Assembly: GCF_009914755.1 (NCBI RefSeq)
Contig: NC_060941.1
From: the human T2T-CHM13v2.0 reference genome, Homo sapiens
Length of the DNA stretch: 64,000 nucleotides
Reading direction: 5' to 3' (one strand)
Part shown: positions 1 to 17,108 of the stretch, piece by piece
Numbering within the stretch: position 1 is the first letter of the stretch
How the letters are laid out: the number at the start of each line of letters is the position of its first letter
Notes under the pieces: model-generated
What the model saw: the letters and a program-made list of their open reading frames with translations, nothing else
What the model was told of the DNA's origin: nothing
Database searches by the model: none
Made by a program: the position numbers and the translations under genes

Positions 1-3000
1 GGAGCCAGGGAGCAGAAAGTGTATGTGTCAGGTGTGAGGAAGAAAATAGATTTTGGAAGTTATGAGAACTGTATAGAGTGAGTTGAGCAAAGTTTGTGAT
101 TTTGAGGGCCTCTGGAAGTATTAGGGCAGCAGCAGCCACCGCATGCAGACATGAGGGCTAGGCTAAAACAGTAAGGTCAAGTTGTTTGGACAGAAAGGCT
201 ACAGGGTGCGGTCCTGGCTTTTGTGTAAGAACTCCGATTGCACAGCCCTGCACTTTGGCTGTGTGTAATGAAAAAGGTTTGGAATGAGTTAGGGAGAGCT
301 AGTGTGGGGGCAGCTTCTAGGGCTGTTTTTAAGGAACGGAAAGGAGTGGCAAAGGGATTTAGGATCTATGGGGTCAGCTGGGTTTGGTTTTGTGAGTTTA
401 CATAATGGTTTAGTCAGGATGGTAAAGCTAGGTATCCAAAGGCGGAAGTACCTAACCATGCGTAGGAAGGAGAGGAGTTGTTTTGTAGAAGGGATTGGGG
501 TTTGGGGAATTAGCTGGACATGATCAGCAGGCAGAGCATGTGTGTTTTCGTGAACAATTATGCTGAGATAGGTAACAGATGAGGAAGAAATTTGGGCTTA
601 ACTGAAGTCATGGGGGCTGTCCGTGAAGCCTTGCAGCAGTACAGCCTAGGTAATTTGTTGAGCCTGATGGGTGTCAGGGTCAGTCCAAGTGAAAGCGAAG
701 AGAGGCTGGGATGAAGGGTGCAAAGGAATAGTAAAGAAAGCATGTTTGAGATCCAGAACAGAATAATGGGTTATGGAGGGGTTGTGGAGGGAGGTATTGA
801 GGATAGGAGAGTATATGGCTTTGGCATCACGGGGTGGATAGGCCAGACAATTTGGTTGGTAAGGCCAGATCCTGAACTAACCTGTAAGGCTTGTCCAGTT
901 TTTGGACAGGTAAAACAGGGGAATTGTAAGGAGAGTTTACAGGCTTTAAAAGCCCAAGCTGTAACAGGCGAGTGATAACAGGCTTTAATCCTTTTAAAGC
1001 ATGCTGTGGGATGGGATATTGGCATTGAGCAGGGTAAGGGTGATTAGGTTTTAATGGGATGGTAAGAGGTGCATGATCAGTCGCCAAGGAGGGGGTAGAG
1101 GTGTCCTATACTTGTGGATTAAGGTGGGGGTATATGAGAGGAGGATGCGAAGGAGGCTTTGAACTGGGGAAAAAGCAGCAATGAGGTGTGGCTGTAGCCC
1201 AGGAATAGTCAGGAAAGTAGATAATTTAGTTAAAATGTCTCGACCTAATAAGGGAGCTCTAGGCAGGTGGGGATAACTAAAAAAGAGTGCATAAAAGAAT
1301 GTCCATGTTGGCACCAGAGTTGGGGAGTTTTAAGAGGTTTAGAAGCCTGGCCGTCAATACCCACAACAGTTATGGAGGCAAGGGAAATACACCCTTGAAA
1401 AGAAGGTAATGTGGAGTGGGTAGCCTCCGTATTGCTTAAGAAGGGGACGGACTTACCCTCCACTGTAAGAGTTACCCAAAGCATCCGCGATGGTCCAGGA
1501 GGCTTCTGAGGCGATCGGGCAGTGTCAGTCTTCAGCTGCTAAGCCGAGAAGATATGGGAAGGAGTCAGTCAGAGCCTCGGGCCAGTTGGACAGTCCAGTT
1601 TCCAGTGGGGACTCACATAGATGGGACACAGCTTAGGAGGAATCCCAGGCTGCGGGCATTCCTTGGCCCAGTGGCCAGATTTCTGGCACTTGTAGCAAGC
1701 TCCTGAGGGAGGAGGTTCTAGAGGAACCCCTGGCAGCTGCGGTTCAGGTGTTTGGAGTTCTTGTGTGCTGGAGATGTGGCTGGGGTTTGTCTCACAGCGG
1801 AGGCAAGGAATTGCAACTCAGAAATACATTGCTACTTGGCTGCCTCTACTCTATTATTGTACACCTAATTAAGTCCTGTTGTGGGGTTTGAGGGCTGGAA
1901 TTTAATTTTTGGAGCTTTATTTAATGTTGGGAACAGATTGGGTAATAAAATAAAATGCATATTGAGAATAAGACAGCCTTCTGACCTTTCAGGATCTGGG
2001 GCTGTAAAGAGTCTAAGGGTTGCTCCTAAGCAGGCCATGAACTGGGCTGGGTTTTCGTCTTTACCTTGAGTAGTTCCTTTAAGTTTGTCTTAATTAACAG
2101 CTTTGTAAGCTGCCTTTTTAAGCCCTTCAACTAGGCAGGAAACCATGTAATCTCGCCTAGCTATACCTGGGGAATTTGCCTGATAGTTCCATTGGGATCT
2201 TCTCGGGGAACTGCTCTAATGCCTTCATGGAGGTCTGGCTCATGAAGCTGGCAGTTATCAGTGTGAAATTGGGCTAGAGAAAAAACTCTTTCCCGTTCAT
2301 TTGGGGAGAGGGTAGAAGTTAGGATGACATTTAAGTCATTCCAGGTTAAACTGTAAGACAGATTTAGATATCGGAATTCCAGTATATATTTAGTGGGGTC
2401 TGATGAGAAAGAGCCTAAACGCTGGCTGATTTGGGAAAGGTCTGATCGAGAAAAAGGCACATGTACCCTGACTATGCCTTCAGCTCCAGCCACCTCTCTA
2501 AGAGGAAATTGTTGGGCAGGTGGGGAGGGCTAGTCGTGGGAACAAAATTGGAAGCCAGACCGGTGTGAGGAGGGGAGGTGATTGAAGGATTTTAGGGTTG
2601 GGGAGCAGAGGCTGAGGAAGAATTGGGACCTGGCTTGGCCTGGCAAGGAGCAGCCTGGGGAGAAGGGGAGAGGTCAGATGAGTCCATAGAAAAGAAGGAT
2701 TCAAAGGACTCATATCTTGGGGTGGAGACTGAAGGAACAGACAGGAGAGAAAGAAGAAAGATTTGGGACAAGTCTCATTGGGAGCAGAGACTAGGGAGGG
2801 ACCGATGTGTAAAAGAATGCCTGGACGTCAGGCACCTCACACCTTTTGCCCATTTTTGACGAAAATTATCTAGATCTTGTAAAATGGAGAAATCAAAAGT
2901 GCCGATTTCTGGCTATTTAGAACCATTATTGAGTTTGTATTGGGGTCAAGCGGTATTGCAGAAGAAAATAAGACACTTAGATTTTAGGTCAGGCAAGAGT

Positions 3001-3649
3001 TGAAGAGGTTTTAAGTTCTTGAGAACACAGGCTAAGGGAGAAGAAGGAGGAATGGAGGGTGGAAGTTTGCCCATAGTGAAGGAGGCAAGTGTAAAGAGAA
3101 GGGTAGAGACACAGAGAAGGCGGGTGGGGAGCAGCCCTGGGCTGCAACGTGGGTGAGCAGCCAAAGCAGGCGTCCCCGCAATTGACTTGCCACCAAGGGA
3201 ATGTGGGTGAATGACCAAGGCAGGTGTCCCTGCGGAGATCAGACACCAATGGAATGTGGGTGAATAATCAGAGAGGCGTCCCCGCAATGATTAAACACCA
3301 GGGGAAGGCTGCCTTCCCGAGTCCGTGACCAGCGCCGGAGTTTTGGTTCCACAGATAAAATGTGTCTCCTTTGTCTCTACCAGAAAATGAAAGGAATTGA
3401 AATTAAGAGAAGGGAGAGATTGAAGCATGGCACCAAGATTGAAAGGAGAAAGAGGTTGAGGGATAGTGAGAGAGGTTGGAGAAGAGAGTAAAAAGAGGCC
3501 ACTTACCCGATTTAAAATCGGCGAGATGTTCCTTGGGCTGGTTGGTCTGAGGACTTGAGGTCATAGGTGGATCTCTTCACGGAGTGAGGGTGAAGACAGG
3601 GGACTGGTCTCCTGAAGGAGTCCCACTGACCCGGATCTTCGGCACCAAA
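1..3649 (-). mobile_element. HERV-H internal region (leader, gag, pro, 5' pol), defective; continues past the left edge
   Basis: Minus-strand ORF fragments: gag-like (2161-2493, VRVHVPFSRSDLSQISQRLGSFSSDPTKY), protease-like (1245-1484, VTLTVEGKSVPFLSNTEATHSTL) and RT-like (827-1087, PVNSPYNSPVLPVQKLDKPYRLVQDL). Frameshifts and stops throughout. Confidence 0.95.
3630..3647 (-). other. Retroviral primer-binding site, tRNA-Phe-like
   Basis: Minus strand reads TGGTGCCGAAGATCCGGG just 3' of the LTR. Confidence 0.8.
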
Positions 3650-4082
3650 TGTTTCACGTGTCCATGTGAAGAGAGGACCAAACGGGCTTTGTGTGAGCAG
3701 CAAGGCTGTTTATTTCACCTGGGTGCAGGCAGACTGAGTCCAAAAAAGGAGTCAGCAAAGGATGGTGGGATTATCATTAGTTCTTATGGGTTCTGGGATA
3801 GGCAGTGGAGTTAAGAGCAATATTTTGGGGACAGGGCGCGGATCTCACAAAGTACATTCTCAAGGGTGGGGGGAATTACAAAGAAACTTCTTAAGGGTGG
3901 GGGAGATTATAAAGTACATTGATCAGTTAGGTTGGGGCAGAAATAAATCACAATGGTGGAATGTCATCAGTTAAGGCTATTTTCACTTTTTTTGTGGATC
4001 TTCAGTTGCTTCAGGCCATCTGGATGTATATGTGCAGGTCACTGGGGATATGATGGCTTAGCTTGGGCTCAGAGGCCTGACA
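3650..4082 (-). mobile_element. HERV-H 5' LTR (LTR7 family)
   Basis: Minus strand begins TGTCAGGCCTCTGAGCCCAAGCTAAGCCATCATATCCCC at 4082 and ends ...TGAAACA at 3650, directly followed by the PBS. Confidence 0.93.
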
Positions 4083-4740
4083 TGCACCAACAGTGACCAA
4101 GCTGAGAGTCAAATAAAGAACTCAACCCCTTTTACAATAGCTGCAAAAAAATAAAATACTTAGGAATATACCTAACCAAGGAGGTGAAAGACCTCTACAA
4201 GGAAAACTACAAAACACTGCTGAAACAAATCATAGACAACACAAATGAATGGAAACTTGTCTCATGCTCATGGATGGGTAGAATCAATATTGCAAACATG
4301 ACTGTACTGCCAAAAGCAATCTACAAATTCAATGCAATTCTCATCAAAATACCACCATAATTCTTCACAGAACTAGAAAAAACAATTATAAAATTCACAT
4401 GGAACCAAAAAAGAGCCCACATAGCCAAAGCAAGACTAAATAAAGATAACAAATCTGGACGCATTACATTACCTGATTTCAAACTACACTATAAGGCCAT
4501 AATCATCCAAACAGCATGATACTGGTATAAAAATAGGCACATAGACCAATGGAATAGAATAGAGAACACAGAAATAAACTCAAATACTCACAGCCAACTG
4601 ATCTTCGACAAAGCAAACAAAAACATAAAGTGGAGAAAGGACACCCTTTTCAACAAATAGTGCTGGGATAATTGGCGAGCCAGATGTAGGAGAATAAAAC
4701 TGGATCTTCATCTCACCTTACACAAAAATCGACTGAAGAT
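4083..4740 (+). mobile_element. L1 ORF2 fragment (host element of the HERV-H insertion)
   Basis: Typical L1 ORF2 sequence (AAGGAGGTGAAAGACCTCTACAAGGAAAACTACAAAACACTGCTG...). Confidence 0.9.
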
Positions 4741-4741
4741 A

Positions 4742-4850
4742 GGCTGGGCACAGTGGCTCATACCTGTAATCCCAGCACTTTGGGAGGCCGAGGCGGGTGG
4801 ATCACGAGCTCAGGAGATCGAGACCATCCTGGCTAACATGGTGAAACCCC
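4742..4850 (+). mobile_element. Alu left-arm fragment, truncated
   Basis: GGCTGGGCACAGTGGCTCA...GGTGAAACCCC then an abrupt break. Confidence 0.9.
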
Positions 4851-5071
4851 ATTTTGTATTCTCTATCTGGGTGGCAATCATGGTCATTGTGGTAGCCTTA
4901 AACTCCTGCTGTCCCTGCCCCCTTCTACCACTTGAGAGGGTTGAGATGGGCCCAAGAGAGCACTAAGGAAAGATGTATAGCAGCACTAAACAGATTATCC
5001 AATGATGGAAATTTAATCATTCTACCCATCTCGCCTCATCCCACTTGTTCTCCAGAGACAAATACTTGCAG

Positions 5072-5519
5072 TGTAGCAGGATGAGCCGCAGACAAAACTC
5101 CTCAGACACCAAGTTAAAGAAGGAAGGAGTTTATTCGGCTAGGAGCATCAGCAAGACTCCTGTCTCAAGAGCTGAGCTCCCTGAGTGAGCAATTCCTGTC
5201 CCTTTTAAGGGCTCACAGCTCTAAGGGGGTCCGTGTGAGAGGGTCGTGATCAATTGAGCAAGCAGGGGGTATGTGACTGGGGGCTGCACACACCAGTAAT
5301 CAGAACAAAACAGAACAGGACAGGGATTTTTTACAATGCCTGGAATCTATAGATAACATAAACGGTTAGGTTAGGGATCGATCTTTAACTACCAGGCCTA
5401 GGGTGTGGTGCCGGGCTGTCTCCCTGGAGATTTCATTTCTGCCTTTTAGTTTTTACTTCTTCTTTCTTTGGAGGCAGAAATTGGGCCTAAGACAATATGA
5501 GGGATGGTCTCCTCCCTTA
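5072..5519 (-). mobile_element. Solo LTR, LTR2 family (HERV-E/Harlequin related)
   Basis: Minus strand starts TAAGGGAGGAGACCATCCCTCATATTGTC and ends ...CTGCTACA. 4-bp TSD GCAG at 5068-5071 and 5520-5523. Confidence 0.85.
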
Positions 5520-7379
5520 GCAGCAGTGCTTCCAACATTTTTTCCAGTATTAACCTCCATATTTCTAAGTAAAATAAACTCCTACTTATTTTATGATTTC
5601 TCAATTTTAATAATCATTTGCTGACTTCATATCATAAAAGTTGAATATTCAGCTCATTATTTCTCATTTTCCTCATCTCTTCTCGATAGAGACTATAATA
5701 ATTTTGGTTAAATTGGGATTCAGATTATTAGAACCATGAAATGTTGAACCAAGTACTATAATTAAGTTTCATTTCTTTTGTACCTTTTTTATTTTTCTGA
5801 GAGATAGTACTTGTTTTCCATTGCTCCATTTGTTAAAGTACTTACCACTTAGTCTTAATCTTTCTGCATTCTCAAATAGTCTCTCGACACAATTTTCCAC
5901 ATAGTCAAACACCTAACATATCAGTTCCCCTTTCTAATTAAAAATAAACAATTCCCTTCATTCTGCTCTAATCTGAACCAATAACTCCCTAGACTTGTTC
6001 ACACAGCTCTCATCTGGGACTTTTCTTGGCTACATCCTGAAAATTCCCTTTGCGTCTCTCCTCTGTTCAATCCCCTAACTTCTGGACCCTGGGTCAGACA
6101 CCTTCCTGATAGAGTATATCCTGCATCAGCTTCCCAGAAAAAGAGTTTATGAGGTCAGTGTGAGTGGCCTGATAGTTTGGGTAGGTCTATAATTCTAGGT
6201 TGAAAATCATTTTTCACTCAGAATTTTGAAGGCATTGTGGTGTTATCTTCTAGTGCCAGTGTGGCTATTGATACCTCCTGGTCTTTATATGTGATCGGAT
6301 TTTTCTCTCTGGAAGTTTTGGAAGCTTTTCAAAAATCATTGGTTTTCTGGAATTAGTGCCTTGATATTGGTCTTTGCATGTTCCTTCTGCTGAGAGCTGG
6401 GTAGGCCCTTTCAACCTGTAGTTCTTTCAGTTTTGAGAATTTTTCTTGAATTATTTCTGCATTTTCCCTCTCCAGTTCATCCTTTTCCAAAACATCTAAG
6501 GATTAGATCTTGGACCTCCTGGACTGGTATTATATCTTTCTTTTCTCTCTCATTACCATCTTTTTGACTTTTTGTTTTGAGTGATTTCCTCAACTTTATT
6601 TTCTACTGCTCCCACTGGATTTTTTTTTATTTTAGTGATACTATTTTAATTTCCAAATGTTCTTTCTTATTGTTTCTTTTGTACAATGTCTTGTTTTCTT
6701 TCATTGATGCAATACCTTCTTTCTCTGAGGATTACTGTATGTGGCTATTAGGGTTGAGATTTTTTCCCTGTAAGTTTTCTTCTCTATATCTATTTTCTCT
6801 GAAATGCTTTTTTGGGGGGATATTTTTCTGTTTGTTTTTCTAGTTCTGACTAGAGACCCTTCTCAAATGTGCAATGATCTTTGGCTGTTACTGGTTTTTA
6901 AGAGCAAGGCACCAAAGAACAGTCCAAGGGTGGGATTTATTAGCTTACTATAGAGGATTGGGTAATTGACTTCCTTCACTCATCTAACTGACTCCCAGAT
7001 GTCAGTATCTGCAGGTCTGTTCTCTTGGGCCACTCAGAGAAAGATCTTACAAATGCTTGCCTGGTTAATATAAACCTGAGAAATGCATGGGGATGAGGAG
7101 CTGCAGACCTCACTGTTCAATATGTAGACTTTCACTTAACCTCCATGTTTGCATCCAGCCTTGCACAGTACATGGTGTTCTGAGTCCAGGGATTTTCTGG
7201 TTCACCTTCTTCAAAAATGAACTCACTAGTATTGGAATAGTGAACCTGAGGTCTAACTAATATATTTGCAGATTTTTCTACCAGTCACGCAGTTTTCAGC
7301 TCTACTCTCACACCTAGTGTCCATGGAAATCGGTGGCCCCAATTTCTAAGCTTTCCAAAGTTTTGTGGGGCAAAATCCT

Positions 7380-8565
7380 TTCTCTCTAACTGCCAACTTG
7401 ACATCTCTACTTTGATATCCAATAGGCTAGCTAATTTAACATATCCAAAGCTGTCTCCTGATATTCCCCAAGTGGGTTCATGGCATATTTTTTTTCCAGT
7501 TGCTCAGGCCAAAAACCTTGGAGACATCTTTGCTTCTTCTCTCACATCCCACATCTAGTCTCTCAGCAAACCCTGTTGGCTTGCTTTCAAGATATACTGA
7601 GAACCTGATCTTTTGTCATCTCCATTGTTACCACCTTAGTGAAAGCCATCCGTATCTCTCACCTCTATTGTTGTAGTGATCTTCAAACTCTATCCATGCT
7701 TCTGGTCTCACTCATAAGTGGAAATTGAACAATGAGAACACATGGACACAGGGAGGGGAACATCACATATTGGGCCTGTTGGAGGGTGGGGGGCAAGGGG
7801 AAGGAGAGCATTAGGACAAGTACCTAATGCATGTGGGGCTTAAAACCTAGATGACGGGTTGGTAGGTGCAGCAAACCACCATGGCACATGTATACGTATG
7901 TAATATACCTGCACGTTCTGCACATGTATCCCAGAACTTAAAGTAAAATTAAACAATAACAATAATAATAACAAAACTCTAGCTATGCTTCTTTTCTTGC
8001 CCCCTAAGTCTATTCTCAGTACGGCAGCCACAGTGATCCACTTAAAATGTAAGTCAGAACATGTCAGGTCTCTGCTCAAATCCTCCAATGGTTTCCCAGC
8101 TTACACAGAGTAAAAGCCAAAGCCCTTACTATAATCTGCAGGGTCCTACATAACCTTCTCTCACCTGTTGTCTTTCTCATTCATATCTCATTCCTACCCA
8201 CCATGCTGACTCCACTGCTTCCACACTGGTCTCCTTGCTGTTTAAGGAACTAATCGTGCGTGCTCCCACTACAGAAGCCAGCTACATTAGCCATTCACTG
8301 GGAAGTCTCCTACCCAGGAATCCGTGTGAACAGTTTCTTCACTTCTTTCAGGTCTTTTCTCAAAAGACACCTTCTCAGTAAAGCCTTTCCAAAGCAACCA
8401 ATCTAACATTTCTGCCCAATTCCATCATATTCTGTATTCTGCGTCCATGCTTTAGTTTTTCTTCATAATACTATATATTTGATTTGCTTTTTATCTATGT
8501 TTCTTAACTAGAATATAGCTCCACGAGGAAAAACATTTTTGCCTATTTTGTTTACTGCTATATCC
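7380..8565 (+). mobile_element. L2 fragment interrupted by an L1PA 3' end (7704-7973)
   Basis: L2-like CAGGCCAAAAACCTTGGAG motif. The inner L1 3'UTR is flanked by an imperfect 19-bp TSD AAACTCTA(T/G)C(C/T)ATGCTTCT at 7685 and 7974. Confidence 0.8.
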
Positions 8566-9919
8566 CTGGTGAACTATATGCCAACAGCAAACAATCTGAC
8601 AAAGAAATCAAGAAAGTAATCCTGTTTACAATAGCTACAAATAAAATTAAATACCTAGGAATTAACCAAACAAGTGAAAGATATTTACAATGAAAACTAT
8701 AAAACATTGATGCAGGAAATCAAAGAGGACACCAAAAATGGAAAAATATTTCATGTTCATGGATTGAAAGAATCAATATTGTTAAACAGTCCATACTACC
8801 CAAAGTATCTACCAATTCAGAGCAATCCTTATCAAAATACCAATGACATTCTTCACAGAATTAGAACAAACAATCTTAAATTTATATATATGGAACTACA
8901 AAAGACCCAGAATAGCCAAAGCTACCTGAGAAGAAAGAATAAAACTGGAAGAATCACATTACCTGACTTCCAATTATACTACAGAGCTATCATCACCAAA
9001 ACAGCATGATACTGGCATAAAAACAGACACGTAGACCTATGGAACAGAATACAGAACCTAGAAACAAATCCACATACCCACAGTGAACTCATTTTCAACA
9101 AAGATGCCAAGAACACACTTTGGGAAAAGGACAGTCTCTTCAATAAATGGTCCTGGGAAAACTGGATATCCATATACAGAAGAATGAAACTAGATCACTA
9201 TCTCTTGCCATATATGAAAATCAAATCAAAATGAACTAAAGACTTCAATCTAAGACCTCAAACTATGAAACTACTACAAGAAAACATTGAGGAAACTCTC
9301 CAGGACATTGGACTGGGTAAAGATTTCTTGAGCCATACCCCTCAAGCACAGACAACCTAAGCAAACACAGACAGATGGGATTACATCAAGTTAAAAAGCT
9401 CGTCCACAGCAAAGGAAACAATGAACAAAGTGAAAAGACAACCCACAAAAAGAATGGGAGAAAATATTTGAAAACTACCCATCTGACAAGGGATTAATTA
9501 CCAGAATATTTAAGAAGCTCAACTAACTCTATAAGAAAAAATCTAGTAATCCAATTTCAACGTAGGCAAAAGATTTGAGTAGAAATTTCTCAAAAAGAAG
9601 ACATACGAATTGCAAACAGGCATATGAAAAAGTGCTCAACATCATTGATCATCAGAGAAATGCAAATCAAAACTACAATGAGATATTATCTCACCTCAGT
9701 TAAAATAGCTTTTATCCAAAACACAGGCAATAACAAATGCTGGCAAGGATGTGGAGAAAAGGGGACCTTCGTACTATTGATGGGAATGTAAATTAGTACA
9801 ACTACTCTTGTACTAATAGTGGAGAACAGTTTGGAGGCTCCTCAGAAAACTAAAAATAGAGTTACCATATGATCCAGCAATCCCACTGCTAGGTATATAC
9901 CCAAAAGAAAGGCAGTCAG

Positions 9920-12696
<2,777 letters not shown>

Positions 12697-13189
12697 AAAA
12701 GAAAGGAAATCAGTATATCAAAGACATATCCACACTCCTATGTTTATTGTAGCACTATTCACAATAGCCAAGATTTGAAAGCAACCTAAGTGACCATCAA
12801 CAGATGAATAGGTAAAGAAAATTTGATAGATATACACAATGGGGTACTATTCAGCCATGAAAAAGAGTTATATCCTGTCATTTGCAACAACATGGATGGA
12901 ACTGATAGTCACTATGTTATGTGCAATATACCAAGCACAGAAAGACAAGGTTCACATGTTCTCACTTATTTGTGGGAGCTTAAAATGAAAACAATTAAAC
13001 TTATAGAGACAGAGAGTAGAAGGATGGTTACCAGAGGCTGGGAAGGGTAGTAGTGGGTGGGGAGAAGTTGGAGATGGTTAATGGCTACAAAAATTAGTTA
13101 GAAAGAATGAATAAGATCTAGTATTTGACAGTACAAAGGGTAACTACAGTCCATCATAATTTAGTTGTACATTTAAAAATAACTAAGAG

Positions 13190-13477
13190 CAGCCGGGCGC
13201 GGTGGCTCACGCCTGTAATCCCAGCACTTTGGGAGGCCGAGGTGGGCGGATCACGAGGTCAGCAGATCGAGACCATCCTGGCTAACACGGTGAAGCCCTG
13301 TCTCTACCAAAAATACAGAAATAAATTAGCCAGGCGTGGTGGCGGGCGCCTGTAGTCCCAGCACTTGGGAGGCTGAGGCAGGAGAATGGTGTGAATCCGG
13401 GAGGCAGAGCTTGCAGTAAGCCAAGATCGCACCACTGCACTCCAGCCCAGGTGACAGAGTGAGACTCCATCTGAAAA

Positions 13478-13515
<38 letters not shown>
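13190..13515 (+). mobile_element. Alu (AluY-like) with (TAAA)n tail
   Basis: Alu consensus including GATCGAGACCATCCTGGCTAACACGG. Confidence 0.95.
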
Positions 13516-13516
<1 letters not shown>

Positions 13517-14308
13517 GAGTATAATTGGGTTGTTTGTAAAAGAAAGTATAAACACTTGAGGTGATGGATACCCAATCCCAATGTGAATATTATGCCTTGC
13601 ATGTCTATATCGAAATATCTCATGTATTTCATAAATATATACACCTACTATATACCCACAAAAATTAAAAATTAAAAAAATTTCTCATCTCCAAGTTACT
13701 CCCCAACTCATTGCAATCATACCGATATTCCCATAAATAATAACTATAAATTCTGGACAAGGTACCACAATAAACAACCTGAATGCACTGGAGGATAAAA
13801 AAATACAGATTCTGGAGGGAGTCAACACTTAAGGGAACTGCACTACCCAACGCTTGTGAAAATCCCAACATTAGTTGACACGTGGAAGCAGGAAACTGTA
13901 TTGAGTGAGTTTCTATTTTCACAGCTTCTAGTATAAGGGCAGAGCACCTAGGCTATCTAAAGCTCTAATAGGGAAGTCACTGTCTTTCTGTCCTAAAGAA
14001 CCTGAGGACAACCGCAGCAGCTGGAAAGTAATGGTGAAATCTCAGAAAGGAGAGTGCAGAGAGGGGAAGCCTTAAATTCTGCGAATAAACTCTGCCCAAA
14101 TCCCTGGATGACCCCTGAATTACATACACAGGAGAGAAGTTCTAAGTAACCTAGTTAAAAATCTAAACTGAGTTTGAGGAGATGAATATCTCAATTATAC
14201 TGATTTAATTATTACACATTGTATACAGGTATAAAGATATTACATGTACTCCCAAAATATGTGTAACTATTATATGTTCTTTTTTTTTAAAGAACACAGA
14301 AATTTTAG

Positions 14309-14624
<316 letters not shown>

Positions 14625-14649
14625 AATAAATTGTATCTTGATCTTGGAA

Positions 14650-16318
14650 AGAAACAAAAAGAGCCCAAATTGAGACTTGAGAATCAAAGATTGCCTTTGC
14701 ATCCCGCCAGTTAACTGCCTGCAACAAACAAACAAACAAAAATCAATGGTTTTCAGAGGGAGCTAAAAGAAGCCAGCATCTATACAACATAATATTCACA
14801 ATGTCTAGAATTCAATCCCAAATTACTTGAAAAGCAAAGAAACAGATAAATGTGATCCCTTCTCAAGAGAACATACAATCAAAAGCCCAATCCAAGATGA
14901 CCCATATGTTGTAATTATTAGACAAGGATTTTAAAACACCTGTTGTAACCATGCATAATCATGTAAAGAAAAATATATATCTGTAATAAATAAACAAATG
15001 GAAAATCTCAGCAGATAAATAAAAACTATACAAATAAACCATGCGGAAGTTCTAAAATTGATTAAAATATCTAAAATTAAAAATTAACAGCAGTTAGAAG
15101 ATGACAGAGGAGTCAGTGAATTTGAAACTAGATCAACAGAAATTATCTAATCTGAAGAAAAAAAATAAAATAGAAGAGATCCTCAACATCAAAATGTCTA
15201 AGACACTTTTAATGAGTCCCAGAGAAAGAGACAAAGAATGGGGCAGAAAAAAATCTTGCAGAACAATGGCTGAAATTTTCCCCAATTTGGTGAAAGACAT
15301 TAATTTACAGGCACAAGAAATTCAGCAAACCCCAGTCAGGATAAAGATGAAGAAATCTATGTGTAGACAAATCATTATGAAACTGCTGAAAACCAAAGAT
15401 AAAAAGAAAACCTGATGCCTGTCAGAGAAAAATGACAGATTACATACAGGGGAATGACAACTCAAATGACCATGTACTTCTCACCAGATACTATGGAGGC
15501 CAAATAACATTTGTAATGTACTGAAAGAAAAAATAAACTGTCAACCCAGAATTCTACTTCCAATGAAAATAGCCTTCAAGAATTGGGGCAAAATAAAGGA
15601 ATTTTCAGATAAAAGAAATCTAAAAGAATTCATTGCCAGCTGGGTGCAGTGGCTCACTCCTGTAATCCCAGCACTTTGGGAGGCTGAGATGGGCAGATCA
15701 CCTGAGATCAGGAGTTTGAGACCAGCCTGGTCAACCTGGTGAAACCCTGTCTCTACTAAAAATACAAATATTAGCCAGGCCCGGTGGTGGATGCCTGTAA
15801 TCTCAGCTACTCAGGAGGCGAGGCAGGAGAATCACTTGAACCCAGGAGGTGCCGGTTGTAGTGATCCAAGATCATGCCATTGTACTCCAGCCTCTGTGGC
15901 AGAGTAAGACTCCATCTCAAAAACAAACAAACAAATAAACAAAACAAAACAAAAAACACCACCACCAACAAAAAGAATTCATTGCCAAAAGACCTACACT
16001 ACAAAATAAAAAGTGCTTTAGGCTGAAGGGAAATTAAAATGTATGGAAAGACCTTCAGTAAAAACTCTGGACACTAAAGCTCAGGTGAGCTACCTGGCAG
16101 GTGATCATACATCAATGTGCTAGGAAGGTGATGCATCCCCAAGCATAAATTAAAATGGAATTCAAAAAAATATTCAAAGAATCCAAAAGAAGGCAAGAAA
16201 AGAGGAACACGGGAACAAAACACAAGAGGCATACAGGAAAAATGACAATAATGTTGCAGACCTAAATTCAACCATATCGACAATTATATTAAATGTTAAT
16301 ATACTAAGCACTCCAATT
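14650..16318 (+). mobile_element. Ancient L1M ORF1 region, with Alu at 15638-15975
   Basis: ORF1-like peptide (MAEIFPNLVKDINLQAQEIQQTP, 15101-15415). Alu flanked by TSD AAAAGAATTCATTGCCA. Confidence 0.75.
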
Positions 16319-16320
16319 AA

Positions 16321-16870
<550 letters not shown>

Positions 16871-17071
16871 AAAATATGGAATTGGAAGTAGCTCCCCAAC
16901 TTACTGCTTGCTGAAGAAAAGGCATAGATCATCCATTCCCATTGCTTCCATACTCATATGAAATATTTGGTATATATCTACCCAAAAGTAATATGCTGTT
17001 CCACTCCCCTGTACTCTGCCTTCTGCCTCAAATGTCCTTCCTATCTCATACCACCCTCACCTCCAGCATTC

Positions 17072-17072
<1 letters not shown>

Positions 17073-17107
<35 letters not shown>
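17073..17107. repeat. (CA)n microsatellite
   Basis: Direct reading. Confidence 0.98.

Positions 17108-17108
<1 letters not shown>

Noticed and set aside
3165-3290. Short tandem repeats in the HERV-H leader
   Set aside because: As far as I recall, a normal feature of HERV-H 5' leaders, not locus-specific.
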